DNA of 64,000 bases, taken from Escherichia phage vB_EcoP_EP32B. The stretch is from sequence record OR544955. One strand, 5' to 3'. Every line of letters starts with the position of its first letter. Position 1 is the first letter of the stretch. Below the pieces are notes generated by a model. It was not told where the DNA came from and searched no databases. It saw only the letters and a program-made list of their open reading frames with translations. The translations under genes were made by a program, and so were the position numbers. This document shows positions 12,159 to 21,574 of this stretch, in pieces.

Positions 12159-12410
12159 TTGGCTTCTGTTAAAGAGACTGCTAAAAACAATGCTAAAGTA
12201 TTAGACGACTTCAAGGTTCAATATCAGTCAATCGAAGAAATGACTTATAAGAACCGTGTTTTAGTTGACCAACTTAAGGCCGAAAATGAAAAGCTCCGTC
12301 AGGATTCGAAGAAGAAGAACGTGGTGGCAAGTAAACCGGGATTGGTCGAAAAACAAATCAACAGGTCCTTCGATTCCTTTGCAGAAGACCTCAGGAAGCT
12401 CTCAGAATGA
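12159..12410 (+). CDS. Hypothetical protein (pseT.x region)
   Basis: 83-aa ORF, charged/coiled-coil-like; start codon uncertain. Confidence 0.4.
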   Translation: MASVKETAKNNAKVLDDFKVQYQSIEEMTYKNRVLVDQLKAENEKLRQDSKKKNVVASKPGLVEKQINRSFDSFAEDLRKLSE

Positions 12411-12697
12411 TTAAATTAATCGCAGTTGTATTATCTATTGGCATTTTGGCTGGATGTGCCCAGGATGTGCCCTTAAGCCCTAAAGAAACTTTACATCCGC
12501 CATGGCCTGAATCTATTGTTGAATATAACCAGAAATGGCAAGTAAAGGTTATTGATGGTAATCCGTGGGTTGGAATGCCATTTGAAGACTCTCAAGAATT
12601 TCGTATCTGGTTAAACGACGTAAAAAGATATGTACATGACCAGAAGACTATGTTATGTTATTATCGTAGTGGTTTAAAAGAGGAAAAATGCCAATGA
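12407..12697 (+). CDS. Putative lipoprotein (signal peptide with LAGC lipobox)
   Basis: N-terminus MIKLIAVVLSIGILAGCAQD: hydrophobic core followed by L-A-G-C. Confidence 0.5.
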   Translation: MIKLIAVVLSIGILAGCAQDVPLSPKETLHPPWPESIVEYNQKWQVKVIDGNPWVGMPFEDSQEFRIWLNDVKRYVHDQKTMLCYYRSGLKEEKCQ

Positions 12698-12912
12698 CTA
12701 AAGAACAGCATGAACACATTAAAGGGCTTATCTATGAATCTGAAATGGCGGCTATGATTTATGGGCGCCAGATTCAACGATTAGAATCTTTGCCTCCGAC
12801 TAATGACCGATTGTTAGTTCAGTCTCGTGCTAATCTGAAAAATGAATATCAGAATAAGTGGGCAGTAGCGACTAAAGCTCTTCACGAGTATATTGAATCT
12901 TTAGTAAAATAG
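12688..12912 (+). CDS. Hypothetical protein
   Basis: 74-aa ORF overlapping the previous stop; sense strand of early array. Confidence 0.45.
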   Translation: MPMTKEQHEHIKGLIYESEMAAMIYGRQIQRLESLPPTNDRLLVQSRANLKNEYQNKWAVATKALHEYIESLVK

Positions 12913-12941
12913 TTTACAAACTCTCAGGAGCAGAGTATAAT
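12912..12941 (+). promoter_or_regulatory. T4-type early promoter
   Basis: GTTTAC 12912-12917; TATAAT 12936-12941. Confidence 0.65.
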
Positions 12942-12969
12942 GCTCCTATGGATAATTGAGGAAATCTAA

Positions 12970-13270
12970 ATGAAAACATTACTAGAGAATTACATCAAAC
13001 GGTCTGATGAGTATATTGATATCTGTCGTGGAACGTCGTCACTTGTCAATTATGACAAAGATGCGGCAAAGGCACTAGATGAAGCAGGTAAAGCTCTTCG
13101 TAAAGCTGCTAAAGAAAAAGGGTTGGATTTGCAACAACTCAAAAGTCATATGATTAAATTTATTTCTTCAAACGTTAGAAGTACGTCAATTAATAAAAAC
13201 GTTGCTGAAATTAATAAAGACCGGCGCGAGCATAACATTCGTATTCTTGAAATTTTCTTAGGAATAAATA

Positions 13271-13293
<23 letters not shown>
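12970..13293 (+). CDS. Hypothetical protein
   Basis: 107-aa ORF downstream of early promoter 12912-12941. Confidence 0.5.
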
Positions 13294-14357
<1,064 letters not shown>

Positions 14358-14358
<1 letters not shown>

Positions 14359-14549
14359 TGAAACGATTATATGAAGTGATTGAGGTCATCGAACAGCATA
14401 AAGAATATTTGTTTGTAGTATGGCCTTTAGTAAATGGACGGTTCGGTATTGATGTGCTGGACTATGAACATGAAGAATGGTTGGACGGCGGTATATTTGA
14501 TAACGTCGACCAGGCAATTGAATGGTTAAATGAAAACTATGTACGATAA
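14358..14549 (+). CDS. Hypothetical protein (cd.x region)
   Basis: 63-aa ORF, start overlaps pseT stop. Confidence 0.45.
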
Positions 14550-14754
14550 ACATCATGAAATCGAAGATGAAGCATACAAAATGCTTCGTAAACTAGTGGG
14601 ACTTAATATGAGTCCTACATTAATCAACAAACTCGCAGGAATTCGTAATGATCTGAATACTCGTTACAAAGGCGAATATCATGTAGAGTTTGTTCCTGTA
14701 GGTGAACCGACCGAGCGATTTGTTGTTCGAGTTAAAGTAAATACTGTACACTGA
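14530..14754 (+). CDS. Hypothetical protein (cd.x region)
   Basis: 74-aa ORF in sense array. Confidence 0.45.
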   Translation: MKTMYDKHHEIEDEAYKMLRKLVGLNMSPTLINKLAGIRNDLNTRYKGEYHVEFVPVGEPTERFVVRVKVNTVH

Positions 14755-14761
14755 GGTAATT

Positions 14762-15037
14762 ATGTTCCCAACTTATTCTGAAATTGTAAAGGTAGTCTTC
14801 AGTCAGATTATTGCTAATAATATGTTTGAAGTGCTTGATAATGCAGCCGAACTCAGAGTTCATGCTCAACTAACTCATGTACTCAATGCTTTGCTCCCAG
14901 ACCAAGTAGATTCTATTGCTATTACTCTTCTCCCTGGGTCTGCACACGTCATCGTGGTATTTGATCTTGACGGCGATTTAGTTATCCAGTGCGATATCAA
15001 TTTCGGTACACAAAAAATTGAATGCAAAGCAATTTAA
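14762..15037 (+). CDS. Hypothetical protein (cd.x region)
   Basis: 91-aa ORF in sense array. Confidence 0.45.
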   Translation: MFPTYSEIVKVVFSQIIANNMFEVLDNAAELRVHAQLTHVLNALLPDQVDSIAITLLPGSAHVIVVFDLDGDLVIQCDINFGTQKIECKAI

Positions 15038-15039
15038 TG

Positions 15040-15069
15040 GTTTACAACATGGTAGAGTTGTGATACTAT
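15040..15069 (+). promoter_or_regulatory. T4-type early promoter
   Basis: GTTTAC 15040-15045; TGATACTAT -10. Confidence 0.6.
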
Positions 15070-15098
15070 AACTCTACCAACACAATGAGGAAACAGGA

Positions 15099-15335
15099 AT
15101 GCTAAGTGAAAACCCAATTACAGTGCACGAATTTCAGATTAAAGTAAAAGAATTTGCTCAAGCACTCATAAATAAAGTGTCTGAACGTTTCAAGGATGCA
15201 ACATTACGAGTTATTCAAGAATCTCCACGTTCTTTTCTCATAATTGTTAATCCTAAAGATGGCGACCAAATTACTAATCTTAAATTAGGCAGTGATGGTC
15301 TTGTTGAAGCAACTCGAGTATATGGAACACTATAA
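15099..15335 (+). CDS. Hypothetical protein (cd.x region)
   Basis: 78-aa ORF after early promoter 15040-15069 with GAGGA RBS. Confidence 0.5.
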   Translation: MLSENPITVHEFQIKVKEFAQALINKVSERFKDATLRVIQESPRSFLIIVNPKDGDQITNLKLGSDGLVEATRVYGTL

Positions 15336-15455
15336 TGAGAGCTATCTCATTACTATCGAGAATGGTCATAAATCTGAGCACTACCAACTTAGCCTGTCTA
15401 ATCCGGTTAAAGGTATTGTTGAATCAGAATCTGTTTATATCTCCTAAGGATTGTT

Positions 15456-16448
15456 ATGTTACCTGTCGTCGGAAAACTTATTTCTCCAAAAGAACTGGCT
15501 GAGATTATTCCTTTGTCGGAAGCTTACGCATCACAAGTGGCTTCTCATCGCGAACAAGTTAATTCGATTATGAACGGTGAAGACCCACGCAAACTTATTG
15601 TTGTAGGTCCTTGTTCAATTCATGACCCTATTGCTGCTGTTGAATACGGCAAACGTCTGGCTGAACTTCAAACTCGTCTTCCTAATGTTCTGTTAGTGAT
15701 GCGCGTTTATTTTGAAAAGCCTCGAACTACCGTAGGTTGGAAAGGTCTTGTAAATGATCCATATCTTGACGGAAGTTTTGATATGAACCACGGTCTTATA
15801 GTTGCACGAACATTGTGTCGTAAACTTCTACGTATGGGACTTCCATTAGCAACTGAAGTATTAGACCCATTCACGATTAAGTATCTTTCTGGTATTTTCT
15901 CATGGGTTGCTATTGGCGCCCGTACGACTGAAAGTCAGACACATCGTGAAATTGCTTCAGGTCTACCGATGTGCGTAGGCTTCAAGAACGCAACCAATGG
16001 TTCTATTAAAGTAGCTACAGACGCGATGTATAGTGCCGCCTGGCCTCATCGGTATATGGGTATGGACGTCGATGGTACTGTAGGCATTGTTGAAGCTGAA
16101 GGTAATCAGAATACGCATATCGTATTGCGTGGCGGGACCAACGGCCCGAACTATCATTCTTCTGATATTCAAGAAGCTTCTAACAAAGCAAGGGCAGTAG
16201 GTCTGAATCATTATGTAATGGTTGACTGTAGCCATGCAAACGCTGATGGACATTATAGCAATCAAATTGGTATTGGTAAAAATTTAGCAGCTAATGATTT
16301 GGTCAAAGGAATTATGATAGAATCATTCCTACATGAAGGAAATCAAAAAATTTCTGATAATATGTCCTATGGCGTTTCCATTACCGATGCGTGCATCAGT
16401 TGGGAACAAACTAAAGAGCTGTTAACTTATATTAATAAGGTTCAATAA
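15456..16448 (+). CDS. 3-deoxy-D-arabino-heptulosonate-7-phosphate (DAHP) synthase, class I (AroF/AroG-like)
   Basis: 330 aa with motifs VVGPCSIHD, MRVYFEKPRTTVGWKG, AIGARTTESQTHRE, PMCVGFKN, MVDCSHAN, IMIESFLHEGNQ, YGVSITDACISWE; colinear with E. coli AroF/AroG along the whole length. Confidence 0.9.
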   Translation: MLPVVGKLISPKELAEIIPLSEAYASQVASHREQVNSIMNGEDPRKLIVVGPCSIHDPIAAVEYGKRLAELQTRLPNVLLVMRVYFEKPRTTVGWKGLVNDPYLDGSFDMNHGLIVARTLCRKLLRMGLPLATEVLDPFTIKYLSGIFSWVAIGARTTESQTHREIASGLPMCVGFKNATNGSIKVATDAMYSAAWPHRYMGMDVDGTVGIVEAEGNQNTHIVLRGGTNGPNYHSSDIQEASNKARAVGLNHYVMVDCSHANADGHYSNQIGIGKNLAANDLVKGIMIESFLHEGNQKISDNMSYGVSITDACISWEQTKELLTYINKVQ

Positions 16449-17029
16449 TGAAAGCTAGCACATACCTTCAGATTGCATATCTGATTTCTCAAGAATCAAA
16501 ATGTTGTTCATGGAAAGTTGGCGCAGTCATTGAAAAAGATGGGCGCATTATCTCTACTGGGTATAACGGTAGCCCGGCCGGTGGTGTTAACTGTTGTGAA
16601 CATGCATCTGAAAATGGTTGGTTGAAGAATAAACCAATCCCAGTCATCGTTGCTGGGCATAAAGAAGGCACTACAGCATTTGGACGGGCCGATAATTTTG
16701 TTTTGGCTAAAGAACATCGGGCTGCTCATAGTGCATGGTCTGCCAATAACGAAATCCATGCGGAACTGAATGCAATTTTGTTTGCAGCTCGTAAAGGTAA
16801 TTCTATTGAAGGTGCTACGTTGTATACGACACTTTCTCCATGTCCTGATTGCACTAAAGCTATTACACAGTCAGGTATTAAAAAGGTTGTATATGCAGAA
16901 TTATATGACCGATCTCCTGAAAATTGGGCAGACATTCTTAAACAAGCTGGTATTGAAGTAATTCAGTACTCTCGTAATAATCTTCGTTCTCTGAATTGGG
17001 AACAAATCCGAAACTTTTGTGGTGAATAA
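16448..17029 (+). CDS. cd: dCMP deaminase
   Basis: 193 aa (same as T4 Cd); zinc-ligand motifs HAELNAI and SPCPDC; start overlaps DAHP synthase stop. Confidence 0.9.
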   Translation: MKASTYLQIAYLISQESKCCSWKVGAVIEKDGRIISTGYNGSPAGGVNCCEHASENGWLKNKPIPVIVAGHKEGTTAFGRADNFVLAKEHRAAHSAWSANNEIHAELNAILFAARKGNSIEGATLYTTLSPCPDCTKAITQSGIKKVVYAELYDRSPENWADILKQAGIEVIQYSRNNLRSLNWEQIRNFCGE

Positions 17030-17327
17030 TATGATTTTAACTGAACAAGAAACTATGGTTCTTCGTGAACGTATTAAAACTATTCTGTCTGTAGGCGTTC
17101 ATTGTGTTGTATTTGAAAAGGCTAACGGTGATGTTCGTACGATGTTTGCCTCCCGTGATGAACTTGAAGTCAAATACGAAAATAACAATCCGGCAACAGA
17201 AGTTCGTTATGAACCTCGTGAATCAGTTCGAGCATTCGATACCAAGTTAGGCCAGTGGCGTTCTTTCCGCCTTGATAAAGTAATTTCGGTTGATGGTACT
17301 CCGGTAGAACGTTTGCTTCTTATGTAA
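17019..17327 (+). CDS. Hypothetical protein (31.x position)
   Basis: 102-aa ORF between cd and gene 31. Confidence 0.45.
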   Translation: MVNNMILTEQETMVLRERIKTILSVGVHCVVFEKANGDVRTMFASRDELEVKYENNNPATEVRYEPRESVRAFDTKLGQWRSFRLDKVISVDGTPVERLLLM

Positions 17328-17356
17328 TATGCTTTACGAATAGTATGGTATTATTA
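17327..17356 (+). promoter_or_regulatory. MotA-dependent middle promoter upstream of gene 31
   Basis: MotA box ATATGCTTTAC (TGCTTTA at 17330-17336) 12 nt upstream of TATTAT -10. Confidence 0.55.
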
Positions 17357-17384
17357 ATCTATCGTCAAACAACAAGGAAATAAG

Positions 17385-17717
17385 ATGTCTGAAGTACAAC
17401 TCCCAATTCGTGCTGTTGGTGAATATGTTATTCTGGTTTCTGAACCCGCTCAAGCAGGTGATGAAGAAGTTACCGAATCAGGTCTTGTGATTGGTAAACG
17501 TGTTCAAGGTGAAGTTCCTGAACTATGTGTAGTTCATTCTGTAGGTCCTGATGTTCCTGAAGGTTTTGTTGAAGTCGGTGATTTGACTCCACTACCAGTT
17601 GGACAAATTCGAAATGTTCCACATCCATTTGTGGCTTTGGGACTTAAACAACCTAAAGAAATTAAACAGAAATTCGTAACATGCCACTATAAAGCTATTC
17701 CGTGTCTTTATAAGTGA
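17385..17717 (+). CDS. 31: Head-assembly co-chaperonin (GroES analogue) gp31
   Basis: 110 aa (T4 gp31 111 aa); N-terminus [21 protein letters not shown]; MotA-type middle promoter upstream. Confidence 0.85.
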   Translation: MSEVQLPIRAVGEYVILVSEPAQAGDEEVTESGLVIGKRVQGEVPELCVVHSVGPDVPEGFVEVGDLTPLPVGQIRNVPHPFVALGLKQPKEIKQKFVTCHYKAIPCLYK

Positions 17718-17841
17718 TATAAATAACTATATGAAGAGAACACTCTTCTAAGCGGTAGCCTACAACTGAGAGACTTGTCGAAAGAAGGTGAAATTCAGAC
17801 GAACGTGGCTACTAAATATTATCTCGAATTGAGAATTTAAA

Positions 17842-18000
17842 ATGATTAAACAATTACAACACGCTCTTGAACTGCAACGAAACGCATGGAATAACGGTCA
17901 CGAAAACTACGGCGCGTCGATTGATGTTGAAGCCGAAGCTCTGGAAATCCTCTATCACGCGTCAGAAAAAGGTTATCTGTCTAAGTCGTGGTTGGCATGA
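17842..18000 (+). CDS. Small hypothetical protein (52 aa) at the position of rIII
   Basis: ATG at 17842, product MIKQLQHALELQRNAWNNGHENYGASIDVEAEALEILYHASEKGYLSKSWLA; below the 60-aa track cutoff; assignment by synteny only. Confidence 0.35.
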   Translation: MIKQLQHALELQRNAWNNGHENYGASIDVEAEALEILYHASEKGYLSKSWLA

Positions 18001-18111
18001 TGACGGGTTTATGGTTATCCTGTCGTTAAATATCCAAAACCTATGTTCCCCTTGAGGGCTTGAGCAGGCAATGTCAATAAGTCCTGCATTTTCATTTAAA
18101 GAGAATTTATA

Positions 18112-18291
18112 ATGGCAAAACAAGCTAAAGCAAAGAAAGCAGTTGAAAAGAAAGTTGATGGTACCTCTAAACGCGCTGGATACAAGCGTGGGTCGAACTC
18201 TCGTATTAATCAAACAGTTGAGAAGATCATGCGCAGAGCACGTGCAGTTCTTCGAGATGATGCTTCTCGTTTTGGAAAGGTTGTTGCATAA
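18112..18291 (+). CDS. Small basic hypothetical protein (59 aa)
   Basis: ATG at 18112, product MAKQAKAKKAVEKKVDGTSKRAGYKRGS...; followed by hairpin terminator 18297-18319; below track cutoff. Confidence 0.4.
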   Translation: MAKQAKAKKAVEKKVDGTSKRAGYKRGSNSRINQTVEKIMRRARAVLRDDASRFGKVVA

Positions 18292-18296
18292 TTTTA

Positions 18297-18319
18297 GGGA
18301 GACTTCGGTCTCCCTTTTG
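18297..18319 (+). terminator. Intrinsic terminator (identical copy of the gene 32 terminator)
   Basis: GGGAGACTTCGGTCTCCC + TTTTG, identical to 4036-4058. Confidence 0.8.
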
Positions 18320-18350
18320 TGCGTTTAGGGCAGAAAAAGTTTAAAAAGAT

Positions 18351-18380
18351 GTTTACTCTCCTGTAGGATGTGTTACTATA
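18351..18380 (+). promoter_or_regulatory. T4-type early promoter
   Basis: GTTTAC 18351-18356; TGTTACTATAGAC -10 region. Confidence 0.6.
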
Positions 18381-18420
18381 GACTTGTACCACCTAATCAA
18401 TAAAACAACCGGAGAACAAA

Positions 18421-18789
18421 ATGAAAATCAATCTGAACTCATACATCAAATGTAAAGACCATGATGGTTATAAAGCTATCGAAATTAAAGAATTCCAGTG
18501 GATGTTATACAAAGAGCAATTTGAGTTCGTAGGTTGTATGACCCCTGAAGGTCCTTCTGATGATTTCTCTTGGAAAATTGTGTTAGCAAACTTTTTCACA
18601 GGTGACACATACGAATTAAAAACTATTATTACCGGTAAAATTCGTTCAGAAACATATGTTGACGAAGAAACTGGTTACTCTGAAGATGTTACATGGTATC
18701 AAAATGGACGAATTACAGCAGATAACCTGATCGAAAAAATGAAAGCCAAAGGTGTTTTAAATTTAGACAATTGGATTAAAGTTGCATAA
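18421..18789 (+). CDS. Hypothetical protein (30.x cluster)
   Basis: 122-aa ORF with its own early promoter (18351-18380) and RBS GGAG. Confidence 0.55.
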   Translation: MKINLNSYIKCKDHDGYKAIEIKEFQWMLYKEQFEFVGCMTPEGPSDDFSWKIVLANFFTGDTYELKTIITGKIRSETYVDEETGYSEDVTWYQNGRITADNLIEKMKAKGVLNLDNWIKVA

Positions 18790-18793
18790 AACA

Positions 18794-18823
18794 GTTTACT
18801 TTGGTACAGGTTATGTTATTATA
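18794..18823 (+). promoter_or_regulatory. T4-type early promoter (near-duplicate of 18351)
   Basis: GTTTAC 18794-18799; TGTTATTATAGAC -10 region. Confidence 0.6.
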
Positions 18824-18863
18824 GACCTGTACCAACAAACAACTTAAACATCTGGAGAATAAA

Positions 18864-19229
18864 ATGAACTACACCAACTTCGAACGTAAATATGTTTCTA
18901 ACGGTATTGCTGGTTCTTCTGAAGTTATTTGCTTATGGAAACACGAAAACGGTACAGTTTGTGAAATCGAACAGTGCATGACTCCTAATTACGTTTATAT
19001 GCGATTTGAAAATGGTATCACGGTTTCAATCACGGTGGAAGGTTCAAATTTTAAAATTGCATTAGATGATGATTTCCGTCAGCGTGATTTAGGTACTCAT
19101 CCTTGCTGGAATGGTGTTAATCGTAAACTTCTGGTTAAAACTTGGATTCGTCATATCCTGAGCAACCGAGCTAAACCTGAACATCTCGAAGCAATCTTTG
19201 ATGTAGTTCTTAACGAATTTGATATCTAA
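18864..19229 (+). CDS. Hypothetical protein (30.x cluster)
   Basis: 121-aa ORF with near-duplicate promoter/leader (18794-18823). Confidence 0.55.
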   Translation: MNYTNFERKYVSNGIAGSSEVICLWKHENGTVCEIEQCMTPNYVYMRFENGITVSITVEGSNFKIALDDDFRQRDLGTHPCWNGVNRKLLVKTWIRHILSNRAKPEHLEAIFDVVLNEFDI

Positions 19230-19264
19230 ATTAATTGGGAGCTTCGGCTCCCACTGAGGAAATT

Positions 19265-19879
19265 ATGTTTAAAGTTAATACTTTTTATAAAATGAATTTT
19301 AAAAATGGGGATATTACTCCACGCCTTAAAAACATGTTCTCATATGACCTTATTGAGCCTTTTGAAGTTTTAGAAGTTACTGATGCCGGCTCAGTTTGTG
19401 AAATTAGAACTTCTGAAGGTAAAATTTATCAGGCCGGTGTTGGTAAATTCAGTAATTGTTTTACTTTAATATTCTCGACCGATTTAGATGAGCATTTTAT
19501 TGAATGTCCTAACCCTAAGGTCTATGAAGTTCCACAGCAAGAAACTAAGAAAAATGGCCCACACAAATATACGAAGGTTGAAACTCCTCACGGCGTGATG
19601 TGGCGTCATAACTCTCCTTTCGGAAGTAAAGGAACATTTGCTCAACCGTCTAAACCGTATGACGATGAAAAATATGTAGTAGTCCTTTTATCTGAACAGG
19701 GTACTCAAGACCGTGGATGTCAACGAAGTGGTTTACTAAGTGAACTTGAAGCTCATAACCAAGCACGTGAATTCGTTGAGAAAAATCCTGGTTCTGAAGC
19801 TCTAGTCATGAAAGCAATTACTCAATATATCACTGCTCAACCTGTTGTTCATCCGGTAGAAATTAATTTCATTAAGTAG
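19265..19879 (+). CDS. Hypothetical protein (30.x cluster)
   Basis: ATG at 19265 with GAGGA RBS (track ORF starts earlier in-frame at 19235); 204 aa. Confidence 0.5.
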   Translation: MFKVNTFYKMNFKNGDITPRLKNMFSYDLIEPFEVLEVTDAGSVCEIRTSEGKIYQAGVGKFSNCFTLIFSTDLDEHFIECPNPKVYEVPQQETKKNGPHKYTKVETPHGVMWRHNSPFGSKGTFAQPSKPYDDEKYVVVLLSEQGTQDRGCQRSGLLSELEAHNQAREFVEKNPGSEALVMKAITQYITAQPVVHPVEINFIK

Positions 19880-19909
19880 TTTACATCCAAGGACGGATTA
19901 GAGTATAAT
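19879..19909 (+). promoter_or_regulatory. T4-type early promoter
   Basis: GTTTAC 19879-19884; TATAAT 19904-19909. Confidence 0.6.
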
Positions 19910-19933
19910 GATTTCTTTAGTAAGTGGAAAAAT

Positions 19934-20131
19934 ATGAAATTTTTAATAGCACAAACAGTCCAATTAAAAGGTGTTGGAATTCCTGGGGTGATTTTTAAAG
20001 TTCTCCCTGAATTTAAAACCGCCGCTGGAATTATCAATGAAGCGTATGCTGTTCAATGGGTTGATTGGACTTCTGACATACGTATGGGTAAAGAGTTATC
20101 TCCTATTAAAGGGTTGAAACATGTTGAATAA
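19934..20131 (+). CDS. Hypothetical small protein
   Basis: 65-aa ORF after early promoter 19879-19909. Confidence 0.45.
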   Translation: MKFLIAQTVQLKGVGIPGVIFKVLPEFKTAAGIINEAYAVQWVDWTSDIRMGKELSPIKGLKHVE

Positions 20132-20294
20132 ATTAATCCAGAAATTGTTTGGTACGGAAATGATTGAAGTTACTTATCGTGTAACCGACGTTTTTCCTCG
20201 ATTAAACTACCTAAAAATGACAGAAATTTATCTATCGAAGACCGTATACCTGGATACGGACATTGGGCTGATGTTGAAATTATAAGTGTTAAAG

Positions 20295-20753
20295 ATGTCT
20301 GAATTAGAAATAAGAAGTAATTTCAAATGGCCGTCATGTGCATTAAGTAACTTTGCTCAATGGCCTTTTGTTATGGATGGTATTCAATTCGGAGGTCTTG
20401 AAGGATTTCTCCAAGGATGTAAGGTGAAAAATGTTGAACAACAAAGACGTATATTTGGGTTGTCTGGATTGGCTGCACAGCAAGCTGGAAGGTCTTACGC
20501 AAGAGCTCAGGACCGTGGGACTCTCTTCTGGTTAGGAGTTCCATTTTCAAGATACTCTGAAGCGTGGAAAGAATTATACACAAATGCATATTTTGAAGCC
20601 GCGATCCAAAACAAGGGGTTTCGCGATGCCTTACAAGCCTCTAAAGGAAAAATTTTGAAGCACAGCATGGCCAGCCACCTAACAAAAGATGATACAATAT
20701 TAACCGAAGCCGAATTTATTGACGTGTTAAACCTATTAAGAGACTCTTTATGA
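20295..20753 (+). CDS. YbiA/NADAR-like domain protein (putative N-glycosidase / ADP-ribose-processing enzyme)
   Basis: Motif ...SNFAQWPFVMDGIQFGGLEGFLQGCK... resembles the E. coli YbiA core (SNFAAWP..DG...E.YFQ..KF); ATG at 20295 taken as start. Confidence 0.55.
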   Translation: MSELEIRSNFKWPSCALSNFAQWPFVMDGIQFGGLEGFLQGCKVKNVEQQRRIFGLSGLAAQQAGRSYARAQDRGTLFWLGVPFSRYSEAWKELYTNAYFEAAIQNKGFRDALQASKGKILKHSMASHLTKDDTILTEAEFIDVLNLLRDSL

Positions 20754-21565
20754 AGCCTACTATTTTGACTGATATTGATGGTGTATGTTTAAGCTGGCAA
20801 TCTGGACTTCCTTATTTTGCCCAAAAATATAACCTTCCATTAGAACATATTTTAAAAATGATTCAGGACGAAAAATTTATTTCTCCTGGTAAACTGTTCA
20901 ATACCGACGATAACCTTGGTAAACAATTAATAGAAAAATATAATAGCTCTGATTTTATTCGTTACTTAGCGCCTTATTCTGATGCTCTTCGAGTTATCAA
21001 TAAACTAAAAGAAGACTATAATTTTGTAGCCGTGACGGCGCTAGGTGATTCAATTGATGCTCGATTGAATAGACAATTTAATTTGAATGCTTTGTTCCCA
21101 GGCGCTTTCTCTGAAGTAATGATGTGTGGTCATGATTCTTCAAAAGAACAATTATTTGAACTAGCTAAAACAAAATATAACGTGATTTGTTACGTTGACG
21201 ATTTAGCTCATCACTGTGACCATGCAGCAGAAATTCTTAATGTACCGATTTATTGGTTGGCTCGTGGTGAACGTGATGCCATTCCTCGTACTGCACAACG
21301 TGTACACACGTGGGATGATATTGAATCTCGTTTGGTTCCACCCGAGCATAATTCAGATTCAGATCGTGAAGACCTTTTAAAACGATTGGCGGATTTGCTT
21401 AAAGAATCTGGTGCAACAAGTCCAGGCGCATGGCCTAATCAAATTGGCGCTCCGTCGAATCCGTATACCTGGCGAACCCCAGGACCAACCGATATGCAGC
21501 CATGGTGGACGATTCAAAACTTTCCTTTAGATTCGTCCAAATGGACTTGGTCTATAAATTGTTAA
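20750..21565 (+). CDS. HAD-superfamily hydrolase (putative nucleotidase/phosphatase)
   Basis: N-terminal HAD motif I ILTDIDGV and downstream ICYVDDLAHH-type motif; 271 aa. Confidence 0.5.
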   Translation: MKPTILTDIDGVCLSWQSGLPYFAQKYNLPLEHILKMIQDEKFISPGKLFNTDDNLGKQLIEKYNSSDFIRYLAPYSDALRVINKLKEDYNFVAVTALGDSIDARLNRQFNLNALFPGAFSEVMMCGHDSSKEQLFELAKTKYNVICYVDDLAHHCDHAAEILNVPIYWLARGERDAIPRTAQRVHTWDDIESRLVPPEHNSDSDREDLLKRLADLLKESGATSPGAWPNQIGAPSNPYTWRTPGPTDMQPWWTIQNFPLDSSKWTWSINC

Positions 21566-21574
21566 GGGTTAATT

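Noticed and set aside
15456-16448. DAHP synthase as bacterial contamination or chimeric assembly
   Set aside because: The gene is embedded between phage cd.x ORFs and cd with overlapping stop/start, has phage-like A+T-rich codon usage, and is well diverged from E. coli AroF/AroG; a host fragment would be expected to be near-identical to host sequence and flanked by host genes.
17867-18055. Track ORF 17867..18055 (+, 62 aa)
   Set aside because: Out of frame with the better-supported 52-aa ORF starting at 17842 (RBS and position of rIII); likely an overlapping-frame artefact, though a frameshifted rIII cannot be excluded without a reference.
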